From assembly GCA_963729715.1 (NCBI GenBank), contig CAVSPA010000007.1, positions 160,001 to 224,000 on the forward strand: a stretch of DNA of 64,000 nucleotides, written 5' to 3'. The translations under genes were made by a program, and so were the position numbers. The notes under the pieces were generated by a model. It was not told the origin of the DNA and made no database searches. It saw only the letters and a program-made list of their open reading frames with translations. This document shows, one piece after another, positions 30,819 to 40,704 of the stretch (within the stretch, counting starts at the first letter, position 1; the number at the start of each line of letters is the position of its first letter). This DNA is from an uncultured delta proteobacterium (lineage in GTDB: Bacteria > Desulfobacterota > Syntrophia > Syntrophales > UBA2185).

Positions 30819-31505
30819 ATGATGCCGAAATTTTCTTTCATCATCCCTGTATGGAACGAAGATGCGATCATCGCCCGCACGGTTGAGCATGTCCGTGCTC
30901 TCGGCGCCTCCGGCGGCACGGAAATAATTGTCGTCGATGGAGACCCGGCGGGGATAACGATCAAGGTTGCCCATCAGGCGGGTGTGAAAACTGCAATCTC
31001 GGAGACAGGGCGCGGAAAGCAAATGAATCTCGGGGCGGCCCTTGCGGAAGGCGAGATCCTGATTTTTCTCCATGCCGATACCCTCCTTCCCTCCAATGCC
31101 CTCAAGCTCATACAAACGGCAATGGATGACAGCTCCTTCGTGGCCGGGGCATTCGATTTGGCAATCGCTTCAGAGAGGCCGGTATTCAGATTGATTGAGA
31201 AGGCGGCATCCATCCGGTCGCGCCTGACGAGGATACCGTACGGGGATCAGGCGATCTTCATGAGGAAGAGAAATTTCCAGGACCTCGGCGGCTTCAGGAA
31301 CATCCCCATCATGGAAGATGTGGAGATCATGCAGAGGATCAAGAAACGGAAAGGAAAGATATGCATCCTGCGAGAGGCCGTGAGCACTTCCCCACGGCGG
31401 TGGGAGAAAGGGGGCATCGTCTACACGACCATCAGGAACTGGCTTCTTCTTTCTCTTTACCTGTGCGGCGTCAAACCGGAAAGCCTCGTCCGTTTCTACC
31501 GATAG
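30819..31505 (+). CDS. TIGR04283-like GT2 glycosyltransferase
   Basis: IIPVWNE, GRGKQMNLGA, FLHADT, YGDQAIF, MEDVE, TSPRRW. Confidence 0.9.
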   Translation: MMPKFSFIIPVWNEDAIIARTVEHVRALGASGGTEIIVVDGDPAGITIKVAHQAGVKTAISETGRGKQMNLGAALAEGEILIFLHADTLLPSNALKLIQTAMDDSSFVAGAFDLAIASERPVFRLIEKAASIRSRLTRIPYGDQAIFMRKRNFQDLGGFRNIPIMEDVEIMQRIKKRKGKICILREAVSTSPRRWEKGGIVYTTIRNWLLLSLYLCGVKPESLVRFYR

Positions 31506-31543
31506 GCCGAAGTCTTCAACTGTTCCGCCCTGCACCCTGTTCC

Positions 31544-32110
31544 CTACCTGCGGTCGAAGTTCTTTCCAACACTCCAAGCCTTGCCCGCGTTTTCACCAAT
31601 CTTCCAGAAATTGTTGTCGGGCATGGTCAGTGTGAAAGGACTGATCTTCCTGATGTCGGGCTTGCCATCCGTAAGATAACGCTCCTCAGTGTATGTCCCC
31701 ATTATCTCACCGATGAAGAGGCTGTTTGTCGGCAGATCCACAGTATTGACGAGCCTGCATTCCATGGAGAGCGGGCACTCCCTGATCATGGGGGCGCCGG
31801 GAAGTTCACCGTAAAAAACATCGAACACCTTCGACTTGTCGGTCTTCTCACCCGATACGATGCCGCAGTAATCGACCTTCTCGAGGAGATCAATGCCCGG
31901 AACATTCACGCTGAAGGCCTTGTTCTTTTCGATGCCTGCGTTTGTGTAATGAGATCTTCCGAGGGCAACGGCCATCATGGGCGGTTTGAAGTTCACCCGC
32001 GATACCCAGCCTACGGCCATGAAATTGGCACGTCCATCGACGACCGCGCCGACGAGGACCATCGGCATGGGATAGAGGAACGCGTTCTTGTCCAGCTTAA
32101 TCTTTTCCAT
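31544..32110 (-). CDS. Flavin reductase/flavoredoxin family protein
   Basis: YPMPMVLVG, DYCGIVSG..DK, PMIRECPLSMEC. Confidence 0.9.
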   Translation of the reverse strand: MEKIKLDKNAFLYPMPMVLVGAVVDGRANFMAVGWVSRVNFKPPMMAVALGRSHYTNAGIEKNKAFSVNVPGIDLLEKVDYCGIVSGEKTDKSKVFDVFYGELPGAPMIRECPLSMECRLVNTVDLPTNSLFIGEIMGTYTEERYLTDGKPDIRKISPFTLTMPDNNFWKIGENAGKAWSVGKNFDRR

Positions 32111-32131
32111 GACTCCACCTCCGGTTTGGTT

Positions 32132-33202
32132 CTATTTCAGCGCAATCGCTTTCTCAGGGCACATCTCCTGGCAGCAGAAACAACTGATACATGTATCTGC
32201 ATCCACGACCGGCAGGTTGTCGTCGCCCATGGACAGGGCGGATACGGCACACTGATCGATGCAGGTGCCACAGCCCGTGCACAGGTCGGGGTCCGCCTGC
32301 GGTCGCATCAGCGTCCTGTTCTTGATCAGCGTCTGTATCGCCTCATTCTGGAGCATCACATGGCCGCCGAACGGAGGAAGTTTGAAATCGCGTATCGGGT
32401 TCAGCTCCCCGATGATTTCAATTGTCTTCCGGTCATAATTCCCCAGACCGGCCTCCTTCGCCTTCTCTAGGAATCGCAGACGCCCCGGTTCGCATCCCAT
32501 CATCACCGCCACAACGGAGTCCACTGCCACTGCATTGTCGGAGGCGATGATCACGCCTATGTCCCTCAGGTCAGCGGATGCCGGGCCGTTCCCCTCCATG
32601 CCGACCACCGCGTCCATTATGAAGAGGTCAGGTATGCGGAGACGGAATACATCCACCAGCATTTCCTGGAAGCGTTCGGCGTTACCCGCCGCCTTGTGGA
32701 GCTGTGCCTTCTGGGCGCCGGGGAGGATGCCGTAGCTGTTTTTGATCGCCCCCGTAATGACAGTGAGACCGTGGGTCTTGAATTTCGGCAGGCTGATGAT
32801 GACATCGGCATCGAGGACGGCTGTGGAGACGTTGACTGCAGGCATAAACGCAGGATTGAAATCAACCTTCTGCGAATCTCCTCCAATGTTCCGGTAGTAG
32901 CCTTTTGCCGCCTCCATAAGACCCGTCTTCCGGAAGCTTGTCTCGTTTGCGCCATAGTCGAAGAGGCCGGGATTGTCGCCCACGACGATTGCGGCGGGCT
33001 TCATGGATTCCACCTTGTCCACGACCGCGCGCAGCACCGCAGGATTCGTGACGATGCCTTCCCTTGCCTCCGACGCCCGCAGCACATTGGGCTTTAGCAA
33101 GACCTTTTTCCCCTGAACCGGGAGCGGGAAGAGCTCAAACGCCCGATCTACGGCCTTCCGGACGTTCTCATATGTCGCGGGATGGATCATGACCCTTTGC
33201 AT
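32132..33202 (-). CDS. DUF362 protein with C-terminal 2x[4Fe-4S]
   Basis: VLLKPN, PKFKTH, GAIKN, GNGP, CTGCGTCIDQC, CISCFCCQEMCP. Confidence 0.9.
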   Translation of the reverse strand: MQRVMIHPATYENVRKAVDRAFELFPLPVQGKKVLLKPNVLRASEAREGIVTNPAVLRAVVDKVESMKPAAIVVGDNPGLFDYGANETSFRKTGLMEAAKGYYRNIGGDSQKVDFNPAFMPAVNVSTAVLDADVIISLPKFKTHGLTVITGAIKNSYGILPGAQKAQLHKAAGNAERFQEMLVDVFRLRIPDLFIMDAVVGMEGNGPASADLRDIGVIIASDNAVAVDSVVAVMMGCEPGRLRFLEKAKEAGLGNYDRKTIEIIGELNPIRDFKLPPFGGHVMLQNEAIQTLIKNRTLMRPQADPDLCTGCGTCIDQCAVSALSMGDDNLPVVDADTCISCFCCQEMCPEKAIALK

Positions 33203-33253
33203 CGTTGCTGTCTCCTCTCTTTATTGTTGTGGATTCGTAAACCGATAGATTGC

Positions 33254-34168
33254 TCATGCAGCCTTGTGCTTGATGAATTGTCCTCGCCGATATTCTTCGA
33301 AGGCGGTCTGCAATTCCTTCTGTGTGTTCATGACGATGGGATCGTACCACGCGATAGGTTCCCTCAATGGTTTCCCGGAAATCAAAAGAAAGCGGACAGG
33401 CTCATCCTCCGTGGAGACTGCTATCCGTTCCCCGTCTTCGAAGAGCACAACACTCTCATTATATATGAATGCATCCCTCCGAAAGTCGAAATAGTTTTCT
33501 CCTTCCATCTCATAGGTGAACGGCTTCTTTTCCCTGCAGAAATAGGCCTTCCCTTCGATAACATAGGCTAAGACCTTGTGTCCGGGTTTGGTCGGGTGAA
33601 CGAACTCTGCCCCGGGAGGGACGGTGCAGTCGAGGTACTCCGGATCGACTATGATGTCCCGGACGGGACCCCTTGTCCCCTTGACCTCTCCGCAGATGAT
33701 CTTGATTTTGACCCGTCCTCCGGCAGTGACTTCTGGTATCTGATTGTCCTTCACGTCGCGGTACCGCGGCTCCATCATCTTTTGCAAGGCCGGAAGATTG
33801 GCCCATAACTGGAAGCCCCACATCACGCCCTTCTCATCCCCCTTGGGCATCTCCTGATGGATGATGCCGCTTCCCGCCGTCATCCACTGAACGTCCCCCG
33901 AGGCGATGACGCCTTTGTTTCCCATGCTGTCTCCGTGTTCCACGTCTCCCCGGAGGGCGTAGGTGATGGTCTCTATCCCCCGATGCGGGTGCCATGGAAA
34001 GCCCTTGATGTAGTATCTGGGATCGTCCGAGCGAAAATCATCGAGAAGAAGAAAGGGATCGAGCTGAGGCGCCTCGCTGAAGCCGAATGCCCGCCTCAGG
34101 TGGACGCCGGCTCCCTCGATGGTCGGTTTGCTTTTGACGACCTTGCGGATATTTCTTTCTCTTGCCAT
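33254..34168 (-). CDS. Pirin family protein
   Basis: DPFLLLD, HPHRGIET, QWMTAGSGIIHQE. Confidence 0.95.
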   Translation of the reverse strand: MARERNIRKVVKSKPTIEGAGVHLRRAFGFSEAPQLDPFLLLDDFRSDDPRYYIKGFPWHPHRGIETITYALRGDVEHGDSMGNKGVIASGDVQWMTAGSGIIHQEMPKGDEKGVMWGFQLWANLPALQKMMEPRYRDVKDNQIPEVTAGGRVKIKIICGEVKGTRGPVRDIIVDPEYLDCTVPPGAEFVHPTKPGHKVLAYVIEGKAYFCREKKPFTYEMEGENYFDFRRDAFIYNESVVLFEDGERIAVSTEDEPVRFLLISGKPLREPIAWYDPIVMNTQKELQTAFEEYRRGQFIKHKAA

Positions 34169-34182
34169 CTCAATCCTTCCGT

Positions 34183-34488
34183 CTACACTCCCTGCAGCAC
34201 CTTGATAGAGAGGTCCTCAACTATGTCCTTGACCTTCTCTCTATAGGCCAGCATGTGGGGGGTTTTCAAATGCGCCCTCAAGGCTTCCACGCTTTCCCAC
34301 TTCTCAAGGATCGTGACTACGTTCTTATCAAGCTTCTGCACAGGCAAACCCGAATCGATATCTATTGTAGGAAAGTACTCGATGCATCCCTTCTCTTTTC
34401 TGACCTCCGGGACATTGGACTTGACTATCTCAAGAAACTGAGTAAGCATGTCTGCCTTGATCCTTACCGATGCTATTACACTGATCAT
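34183..34488 (-). CDS. Putative quinol monooxygenase (ABM/YgiN family)
   Basis: EKGCIEY, EKWESVEALRAHLKTPHM. Confidence 0.9.
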   Translation of the reverse strand: MISVIASVRIKADMLTQFLEIVKSNVPEVRKEKGCIEYFPTIDIDSGLPVQKLDKNVVTILEKWESVEALRAHLKTPHMLAYREKVKDIVEDLSIKVLQGV

Positions 34489-34526
34489 GTCATCTCCCCT
34501 TTCTGCGATGCGCTACGCTACAGAAA

Positions 34527-34866
34527 CTATTTTTTCTTTCCCTCATCAATATGAAACTTGTGCAGCAACCGGGGTCAGAACTATCCCCATCACGCCTATA
34601 AACATTAGTCCGCTGAACAATGCATATGCTGAAGCGAATATCTTCGCTCCTGTCGTGGGGAGCTGATTGACCGGCCCCATGCCCCCGAGGATCATGGACG
34701 CCTCGAGCAGAGAATCGACCCAACTGAATCCGGCTATCCAGTGGTATCCTGATACTCCGAGAAATAAAGCAGCTGCCACCAGGAGACCCGCCATAGCGAC
34801 GGATTTGGCCATCCTTCTTACAAAAACCGATACAGGCGCGAGCTTTTCGTGCTTCCGCTCAAACAT
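34527..34866 (-). pseudogene. Small two-TM channel-like membrane protein with a late frameshift
   Basis: ASMILGGMGP...YALFSG. The frame stops at 34546 while a plausible ending LHKFHIDEGKKK* lies in another frame (TAG 34527-34529). Confidence 0.6.
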
Positions 34867-35091
34867 TAGTAACCTCGTGACGGTGAACATTCGGGATGTG
34901 GAAACACATAACAATTATGACATGCATGATATTTATGATGACTTTTTTAAATTATGCTGTGAAAGAAAAAAGATGTCAAGAATTTTTGGGGTGAAATGCT
35001 TTCGCTTGATAAAGAACCACAAATAAACTATATGAGCATAAATGACGCGATCATTAAACGGGCAATGTCATTGATCAAAGAGGTGTGAGAA

Positions 35092-36666
35092 ATGAAAATC
35101 AGCAAGACCAGCGAAATGCGGTTCATGGATAGATACGCTGTGGAAAAACTCGATATTCCCGAAGAGATTCTCATGGAAAACGCCGGGCAGGCCGCGACAT
35201 ACATCTTGGCACAGGAGATCGGCATAACGGATAAGAGGTTTGTCGTGTTCTGCGGCATCGGCAACAATGGCGGTGACGGCCTTGTCGTAGCGCGGAAGAT
35301 TCACAGCAATGGCGGACTGGTCAAGGTATTTCTTGCCGGAGATATGAAGAAGTTTAAAGGGGCAGCGAAGGCCAATTGGAATATAATTTCGAAACTCCCC
35401 ATCGAAGCACGAAGGATCGAGTCTGTGGAAGAAATTAGAAGCGACGTCCTCCACTGTCATGGGGTTGTGGACGCTCTCTTCGGTACGGGTCTAGATCGGG
35501 ATGCGGCGGGGCTCCATAAAGAAGTGATTCAGTTGATCAACTCAAGCGGCAAGAAGGTTCTCAGCCTGGATATCCCTTCCGGCGTTCATGGAGATACGGG
35601 AGAGGTCATGGGCGCGGCGGTCAAGGCAGATTATACGGTTGCATTTGGTCTCCCCAAGATCGGGAACATGTTCTATCCCGGATACGACCTGGGCGGAAAA
35701 CTCTACGTTACCCACATTTCTTTTCCGCCTTCCCTCTATAACGGCGAAGCCCTCAAAGTCCAGATCAACGATTATGTGAAGCTCCCACCCCGCGAGAGGG
35801 ATGTCTACAAAGGACGGATGGGGGAGGTTCTCTTTATTGCCGGTGCTGCATCGTATTTCGGCGCTCCCTATTTTTCGGCATTGTCGTTTCTCAAGGCAGG
35901 CGGAGGGTATGCCCGTCTCGCGGCGCCTGTATCGATGACGCCGTTTATCGCAACGAAGGGAAGTGAAATAGTCTTCGTTCCCCAGAAGGAGACGCGGGCA
36001 GGGAGCATCGCGCTGGAGAATCGAGACAGTCTGATCGAACTCGCGGAAGAGATGGATATGGTGGTGATCGGACCCGGCCTTTCCCTCGACGATGAAACAC
36101 AGCAACTCGTCAGGGAGCTCGTGCGGATCATCAAGAAACCCATTCTCATCGACGGGGACGGAATCACGGCGATAGCGGATCAATTGGAGATGATCCGGGA
36201 AAGAAAGGGAGATACCATTCTCACCCCGCATCTTGGGGAGATGGCCCGCATTGCCAAAAAGAGCGTCGGCGAAATCAACAAACAGAAGATAGACATATTG
36301 CAGCTCACGGCCATGTCGCTGCATGCGATCATAGTCCTGAAAGGAGCCCACACATTGATCGGCTATCCGGACGAAAGGGTTTTTGTCAATCTCAGCGGCA
36401 ACCCGGGAATGGCTACGGCGGGCTCAGGCGATGTCCTGACAGGGACCATCGCAGCCATGTTCGGACTCGGTCTGTCGTTGGAGGATGCGGTGAAGAAGGG
36501 CGTCTTTATCCATGGATTCTCCGGAGACCTCGCGGCTGCGGACAAAGGCGAGGACGGCATCACGGCCCAGGACATTCTTGATTATCTGCCGCTTGCCATG
36601 AGGTATGATAGGGAAGGCCCTCTCGATGATTTCAGAGATATATACGAAGGGCCTCAGGTGGTGTGA
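35092..36666 (+). CDS. nnr: Bifunctional NAD(P)H-hydrate epimerase/dehydratase
   Basis: LMENAG, GNNGGDG, DALFGTG, DIPSG, GPGL, TPHLGE, ATAGSGDVLTG. Confidence 0.95.
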   Translation: MKISKTSEMRFMDRYAVEKLDIPEEILMENAGQAATYILAQEIGITDKRFVVFCGIGNNGGDGLVVARKIHSNGGLVKVFLAGDMKKFKGAAKANWNIISKLPIEARRIESVEEIRSDVLHCHGVVDALFGTGLDRDAAGLHKEVIQLINSSGKKVLSLDIPSGVHGDTGEVMGAAVKADYTVAFGLPKIGNMFYPGYDLGGKLYVTHISFPPSLYNGEALKVQINDYVKLPPRERDVYKGRMGEVLFIAGAASYFGAPYFSALSFLKAGGGYARLAAPVSMTPFIATKGSEIVFVPQKETRAGSIALENRDSLIELAEEMDMVVIGPGLSLDDETQQLVRELVRIIKKPILIDGDGITAIADQLEMIRERKGDTILTPHLGEMARIAKKSVGEINKQKIDILQLTAMSLHAIIVLKGAHTLIGYPDERVFVNLSGNPGMATAGSGDVLTGTIAAMFGLGLSLEDAVKKGVFIHGFSGDLAAADKGEDGITAQDILDYLPLAMRYDREGPLDDFRDIYEGPQVV

Positions 36667-36680
36667 GACGGAGGACATGT

Positions 36681-37658
36681 CTATATATTTCTTTCAATGA
36701 TATAGTCTGATATGGCAAGCAGCGCTGCTTTTGGCTTAGAGTCTTCGAAGGATTCAAGATAGCCTTTCGCCTCGCCGATATATGTCCTTGCCTTGTTGAG
36801 GGAATAATTGATGCCGTCGTGACGGTGCATCAGAGAGACGATATCCAAGATAACCTTTTCATCCTGTTCTTTTTCCTCAACTGCCCTCTTGATCAATTTC
36901 TTTTCTTCCGATGAACATTTCTTCAGGGCATGGATAAGAGGGAGGGTTATTTTCCCCTCTTCGAGGTCTTTTCCGATTGCCTTTCCAAATACATCTTCTT
37001 CCGCCACATAGTCGAGGGTATCGTCCGTAATCTGAAATGCGGAGCCGAGGCGCATGCCGAACCGTGTGAGGGCCTCGACCTGATCATCTGATGCCTTTCC
37101 AAGAATACCTCCTACAGCGCATGCGGCGGATATGAGGGTTGCCGTCTTTTTCTCGATGACAGTCAGGTATTCCTTTTCAGTTATATTGATGTCGCCGCAC
37201 TTGACAAGTTGAAGAACTTCCCCTTCCGACATGGTGTTTGTCGTCGTGGAAAGGAGCTTGATGATGGCTAAGTTGCCGTGCTCCGTCATTAGCTTGAACG
37301 ATTTGGAATAGAGGAAATCCCCCACGAGCACGCTGGCTGCATTCCCCCATATATTGTTTGCGGAAATTTTGCCCCTCCTGGTCGTCGCTTCATCAATTAC
37401 GTCATCATGGAGCAGTGTAGCCGTATGGATGAATTCAATCACTGCGGACAGGGCGTACTTTTTCTCGCCTTTGTAACCGCAAAGAGAGGAGGTGGACAGA
37501 AGCAAAAGGGGCCTGAATCTCTTTCCCCCGCTGCCTATGAGATGATGGATGATTTGGGGTATGAGATGCACTCCGGAACGGAGATGCGCTTCCATCTGTT
37601 CTTCAACGTGCTTTAAGTCATCCCCATAAGTGCGAAAAACATCCTGTATCTGCATCAA
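36681..37658 (-). CDS. ispB: Long-chain polyprenyl diphosphate synthase (IspB-like)
   Basis: GGKRFRP, HTATLLHDDVID..RRG, FQITDDTLD, GKITLP. Confidence 0.88.
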   Translation of the reverse strand: MMQIQDVFRTYGDDLKHVEEQMEAHLRSGVHLIPQIIHHLIGSGGKRFRPLLLLSTSSLCGYKGEKKYALSAVIEFIHTATLLHDDVIDEATTRRGKISANNIWGNAASVLVGDFLYSKSFKLMTEHGNLAIIKLLSTTTNTMSEGEVLQLVKCGDINITEKEYLTVIEKKTATLISAACAVGGILGKASDDQVEALTRFGMRLGSAFQITDDTLDYVAEEDVFGKAIGKDLEEGKITLPLIHALKKCSSEEKKLIKRAVEEKEQDEKVILDIVSLMHRHDGINYSLNKARTYIGEAKGYLESFEDSKPKAALLAISDYIIERNI

Positions 37659-37673
37659 CCGGTCCTTGTATGA

Positions 37674-38327
37674 TTATAATCCCAGATCTTCGTTTATCAG
37701 GATGACTTTCACCCTGCCTTTCGGGAAGGATTTTTCCGTGATTGCCCAACTGTTGCAAAGCCGTCCGCTGCTCTTGCATTCCTCGCAATACGATGTTTTC
37801 GCGCAAGGTGTTTTCATGCCCAGCCTGAGGACATTTGCCGGCGCCACATAATTCTTGATGCGCATCATCGCATCTTCCAGATCCGCGACAATTTTATTTC
37901 TCCCGACCAGGATAATCACATTTTTCGGCCCGAATGTGATAGCAGCAACGCGATTGCCGAGCATGTCAAGGTTCACCAGCATTCCCGATTCAGTCACGGC
38001 ATTCGTGCCGGTAATCAGGAGGTCAACAAGGAGGGCCTGCCGGCGTCGCTCCCAGCCGTCCTCGCGCGATATGGTCTTATCAAATGTATCAATCACCTTT
38101 ATTTTCTTGTTGTCCTTAAGTTCGTCATAAAGACCTGTGGCAACGAATGTCATGGAGCCGCCCCAGGAGATGCTCTTGGGGGCAAGCGCGGGAATAATCT
38201 CTTTAAGCACAATATTCTTTGCTTCGGCGCCATTTTGTGTCACGAATGCGTCGAAGCTATTTGCCTCCAGGGATTGTTTGATATTCGCAAGTCTGATCTG
38301 CCAGAACTTATCGACAGTACTGTCCAT
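37674..38327 (-). CDS. LUD-domain (lactate utilization) protein
   Basis: WGGSMT, GMLVNLDMLGNRV, GRNKIV, TPC..C..C..RLC. AGGAGG RBS before 38327. Confidence 0.88.
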   Translation of the reverse strand: MDSTVDKFWQIRLANIKQSLEANSFDAFVTQNGAEAKNIVLKEIIPALAPKSISWGGSMTFVATGLYDELKDNKKIKVIDTFDKTISREDGWERRRQALLVDLLITGTNAVTESGMLVNLDMLGNRVAAITFGPKNVIILVGRNKIVADLEDAMMRIKNYVAPANVLRLGMKTPCAKTSYCEECKSSGRLCNSWAITEKSFPKGRVKVILINEDLGL

Positions 38328-38524
38328 GTCATACCTCCTGCTTTGCTTGGATGTTCCGATTTTTGGCATTATGGAGAAACGGGTGTTTTTTGTCAAGCCT
38401 GTATATTCTTACGGCTTCATGTAAAGGCGCTCCGCCTCTACAGGGACGGACCTGCAGGATTGCGCTCGATCATTCGGCGTGCTAAGGAATATAATAATCA
38501 CTATCTTATTTACGCGCATTGTTT

Positions 38525-39292
38525 ATGGACGATAATTCCTTCAAGCGGCTACTTAGCAGGTTCGGTCTCTCCTCGCGCGGTTACGCTAAGGTGAGAAAGG
38601 GCGTCAAGAAACGCATTCAGCGTCACATGCACGAGCTTGGCCTCCCCGGAGTGGATGACTATCTTCAGGCCATGACCGACCCTGAGATTTTGCGGGATGT
38701 CGAAAGGCTGATGAGCGTTTCTATAAGCCGTTTCTTCCGCGATCGAAACCTGTGGCGCACACTTGCAGAGGAAATTCTCCCGGATGTCACAGCCGGGCGC
38801 ATGGAAAGAATTGATGTCTGGTCGGCCGGTTGTGCGCTGGGACAGGAAGCTTGCAGCCTCGCCATAGAGTGGGAGATGCTGAAGATGAAGCGCTCCGCTC
38901 TGCCTGACCTTAGAATCCGGGCTACAGACATCAGTCCCGATTGCCTGAGTAAGGCCGGGTCAGGGTTATATCGCGGAAGCAGTCTGAAAGGATTGCCAGA
39001 CGGGATTAAATCGCTCTATTTCCACGCATGCGAAGACCGGGAGAACTACTGTGCTGCGGCTTGTTTGAAAAAGTATATTGTGTGGGAGGTGCATGATCTG
39101 ATGAGAGAGCGGCCTCCGGAAGAGGTGTTTCAGATCATATTCTTAAGAAATAGTCTTTTCACATATTACTGCGAAGAAAGCATCTCATCCGTCTTTCAGA
39201 ATGTTTTGGATAGCCTTGATGACGGCGGATTTTTCATTATTGGAAGCCATGAGAGACTGCCTTTTCACAGTAATGCTTCAGGTTACCCTTAA
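38525..39292 (+). CDS. Stand-alone CheR-family SAM methyltransferase, C-terminus interrupted
   Basis: SRFFRD, WSAGCALGQE, ATDIS, IFLRN, GSHERL. Likely native tail at 39377-39430. Confidence 0.85.
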   Translation: MDDNSFKRLLSRFGLSSRGYAKVRKGVKKRIQRHMHELGLPGVDDYLQAMTDPEILRDVERLMSVSISRFFRDRNLWRTLAEEILPDVTAGRMERIDVWSAGCALGQEACSLAIEWEMLKMKRSALPDLRIRATDISPDCLSKAGSGLYRGSSLKGLPDGIKSLYFHACEDRENYCAAACLKKYIVWEVHDLMRERPPEEVFQIIFLRNSLFTYYCEESISSVFQNVLDSLDDGGFFIIGSHERLPFHSNASGYP

Positions 39293-39376
39293 CACCTCCC
39301 TCAAGCTACGTGGGCGAACTACCGAACTCCCACCGTCGGACTTTAACCGACTAGTCATACGTTTTACACGGCATAC
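39262..39376 (-). mobile_element. Probable group II intron 5' fragment (part of domain I)
   Basis: Minus strand GTATGCCGTG...AGTCGGTTAAAGTCCGAC...GTAGC...GGTAACC resembles a group II 5' end, first hairpin, AGC bulge and GNRA loop. No RT ORF. Confidence 0.6.
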
Positions 39377-39487
39377 CCTACACTCTCATCATTTAAAGGC
39401 TCCGCGTACATCATTCAAAAGACAGTATGATCGATCTTGTAAATCCGTGGGAGTTGGTTGAAAGAGAATCACGGACGGCGTTTATAT

Positions 39488-39718
39488 TCAGTCTTCGGGG
39501 CAGATCCACAGAATCTGACTCTTGCTCACGAAAATTACCTTTCCGCCGAAGCCTCCGGGGATTGTGGCATTGAACACCACGACAAAGGGGTCTTCACCGA
39601 AATTGAGCAGGTCGGAAAGCCTGTCATGGTCCTTGATATTGATATGGCCTTTCACGTGGGACCCGTCCGTCAGGCGGATATTTGCTTTTTTTATTTTTGG
39701 ATCTTCAGATTCAGACAT
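39488..39718 (-). CDS. Small hypothetical protein
   Basis: GHINI..RLSDLLN..PFVVV..IFVSKSQILW, protein-like composition. Confidence 0.7.
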   Translation of the reverse strand: MSESEDPKIKKANIRLTDGSHVKGHINIKDHDRLSDLLNFGEDPFVVVFNATIPGGFGGKVIFVSKSQILWICPED

Positions 39719-39761
39719 ATAAATTTATCAATACTGTATTTTGAATATACATTTTCCCACA

Positions 39762-40115
39762 TCAACTGAAGGCAGGACGCCGCAGTTCGGCATCGACACG
39801 TTCTGCATTGCCTAAGTTGTACTGTATCAACTTTTTTAGGTGCACGAAGCTTTCATCATCCATGGAGATGAATTTGATAGCAGCCTCCTTTTCTCCAACT
39901 CTAATAATCTTGGCATCAACTGATATCCGTGAATCCTCGCTTAGGGTAATAATCACTTTACAAGGCTCATCCATTTGAAAGAGGGGACCGGACGTACAGA
40001 GAATCCCCGCGAGGCTGATGTTGACGGATTCCAGCTTTATTACTTCGCCCTTCATTAACACCTCAACATCAATCTGTACGGGAACACGCGTTCGTCTTCT
40101 CCTCTCTTTAATCAT
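39762..40115 (-). CDS. PilZ-domain c-di-GMP receptor
   Basis: ERRRRTR (RxxxR) and NISLAG (D/NxSxxG). Confidence 0.9.
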   Translation of the reverse strand: MIKERRRRTRVPVQIDVEVLMKGEVIKLESVNISLAGILCTSGPLFQMDEPCKVIITLSEDSRISVDAKIIRVGEKEAAIKFISMDDESFVHLKKLIQYNLGNAERVDAELRRPAFS

Positions 40116-40188
40116 AAACACTCCTTCGGTCATCAATTATGTCCACCGCTTAGCGGCTCTCAAATCCGGCCGTTTCAGGTGTGAATGT

Positions 40189-40695
40189 TTATTGCTGGAA
40201 CTGAATATCCAGCTTACTGGCCGTTACCTGCTTGGCGCTTGCGTAAGGCATGGAATCTTTTTTTTCTAATGTCAGGGTTTCCCCCGGACCTATCTTCCTC
40301 CCCTGTTCCCGGCTGGATGCGAGCAAAAAAGCGTCGTCGTCCTGAAGTTTGTACTCAAGAGAAAAAACAATTTCACGCGCCGTCCTGTTTCTCAAAGTCA
40401 CCAACCAGGCCCATTCCACCAGGTCGTGTTCCATTAAATCCTGATAGACGCGGACCATCTTATAGCCGTCGTTTATGACCTCGAGGGGGAAGTTAGGATT
40501 TTTCATTTCAGCACGGGGGAGAGACGGCACGAATTGCCCCTTCCCTGGAAGATTATAGAGAAGATAACGCGCTTCAATACTGTCCCACATATCCGCATAG
40601 ATAGGGCGGACTGTGAGGGTTGATAAGGCTATGAAGGACAGGACGAAAATTGCAAGGATAAAAAGACTCTCTTTTCGCAGCTGCTTTATTTTCAT
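40189..40695 (-). CDS. Hypothetical exported protein
   Basis: N-terminal signal/TM helix. Within the operon. Confidence 0.65.
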   Translation of the reverse strand: MKIKQLRKESLFILAIFVLSFIALSTLTVRPIYADMWDSIEARYLLYNLPGKGQFVPSLPRAEMKNPNFPLEVINDGYKMVRVYQDLMEHDLVEWAWLVTLRNRTAREIVFSLEYKLQDDDAFLLASSREQGRKIGPGETLTLEKKDSMPYASAKQVTASKLDIQFQQ

Positions 40696-40704
40696 TTTCG
40701 GCAC

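Noticed and set aside
31361..32470. 369-aa plus-strand ORF, and similar long ORFs such as 53510..54613, 35542..36351 and 6398..7219
   Set aside because: Antisense shadows of well-supported genes.
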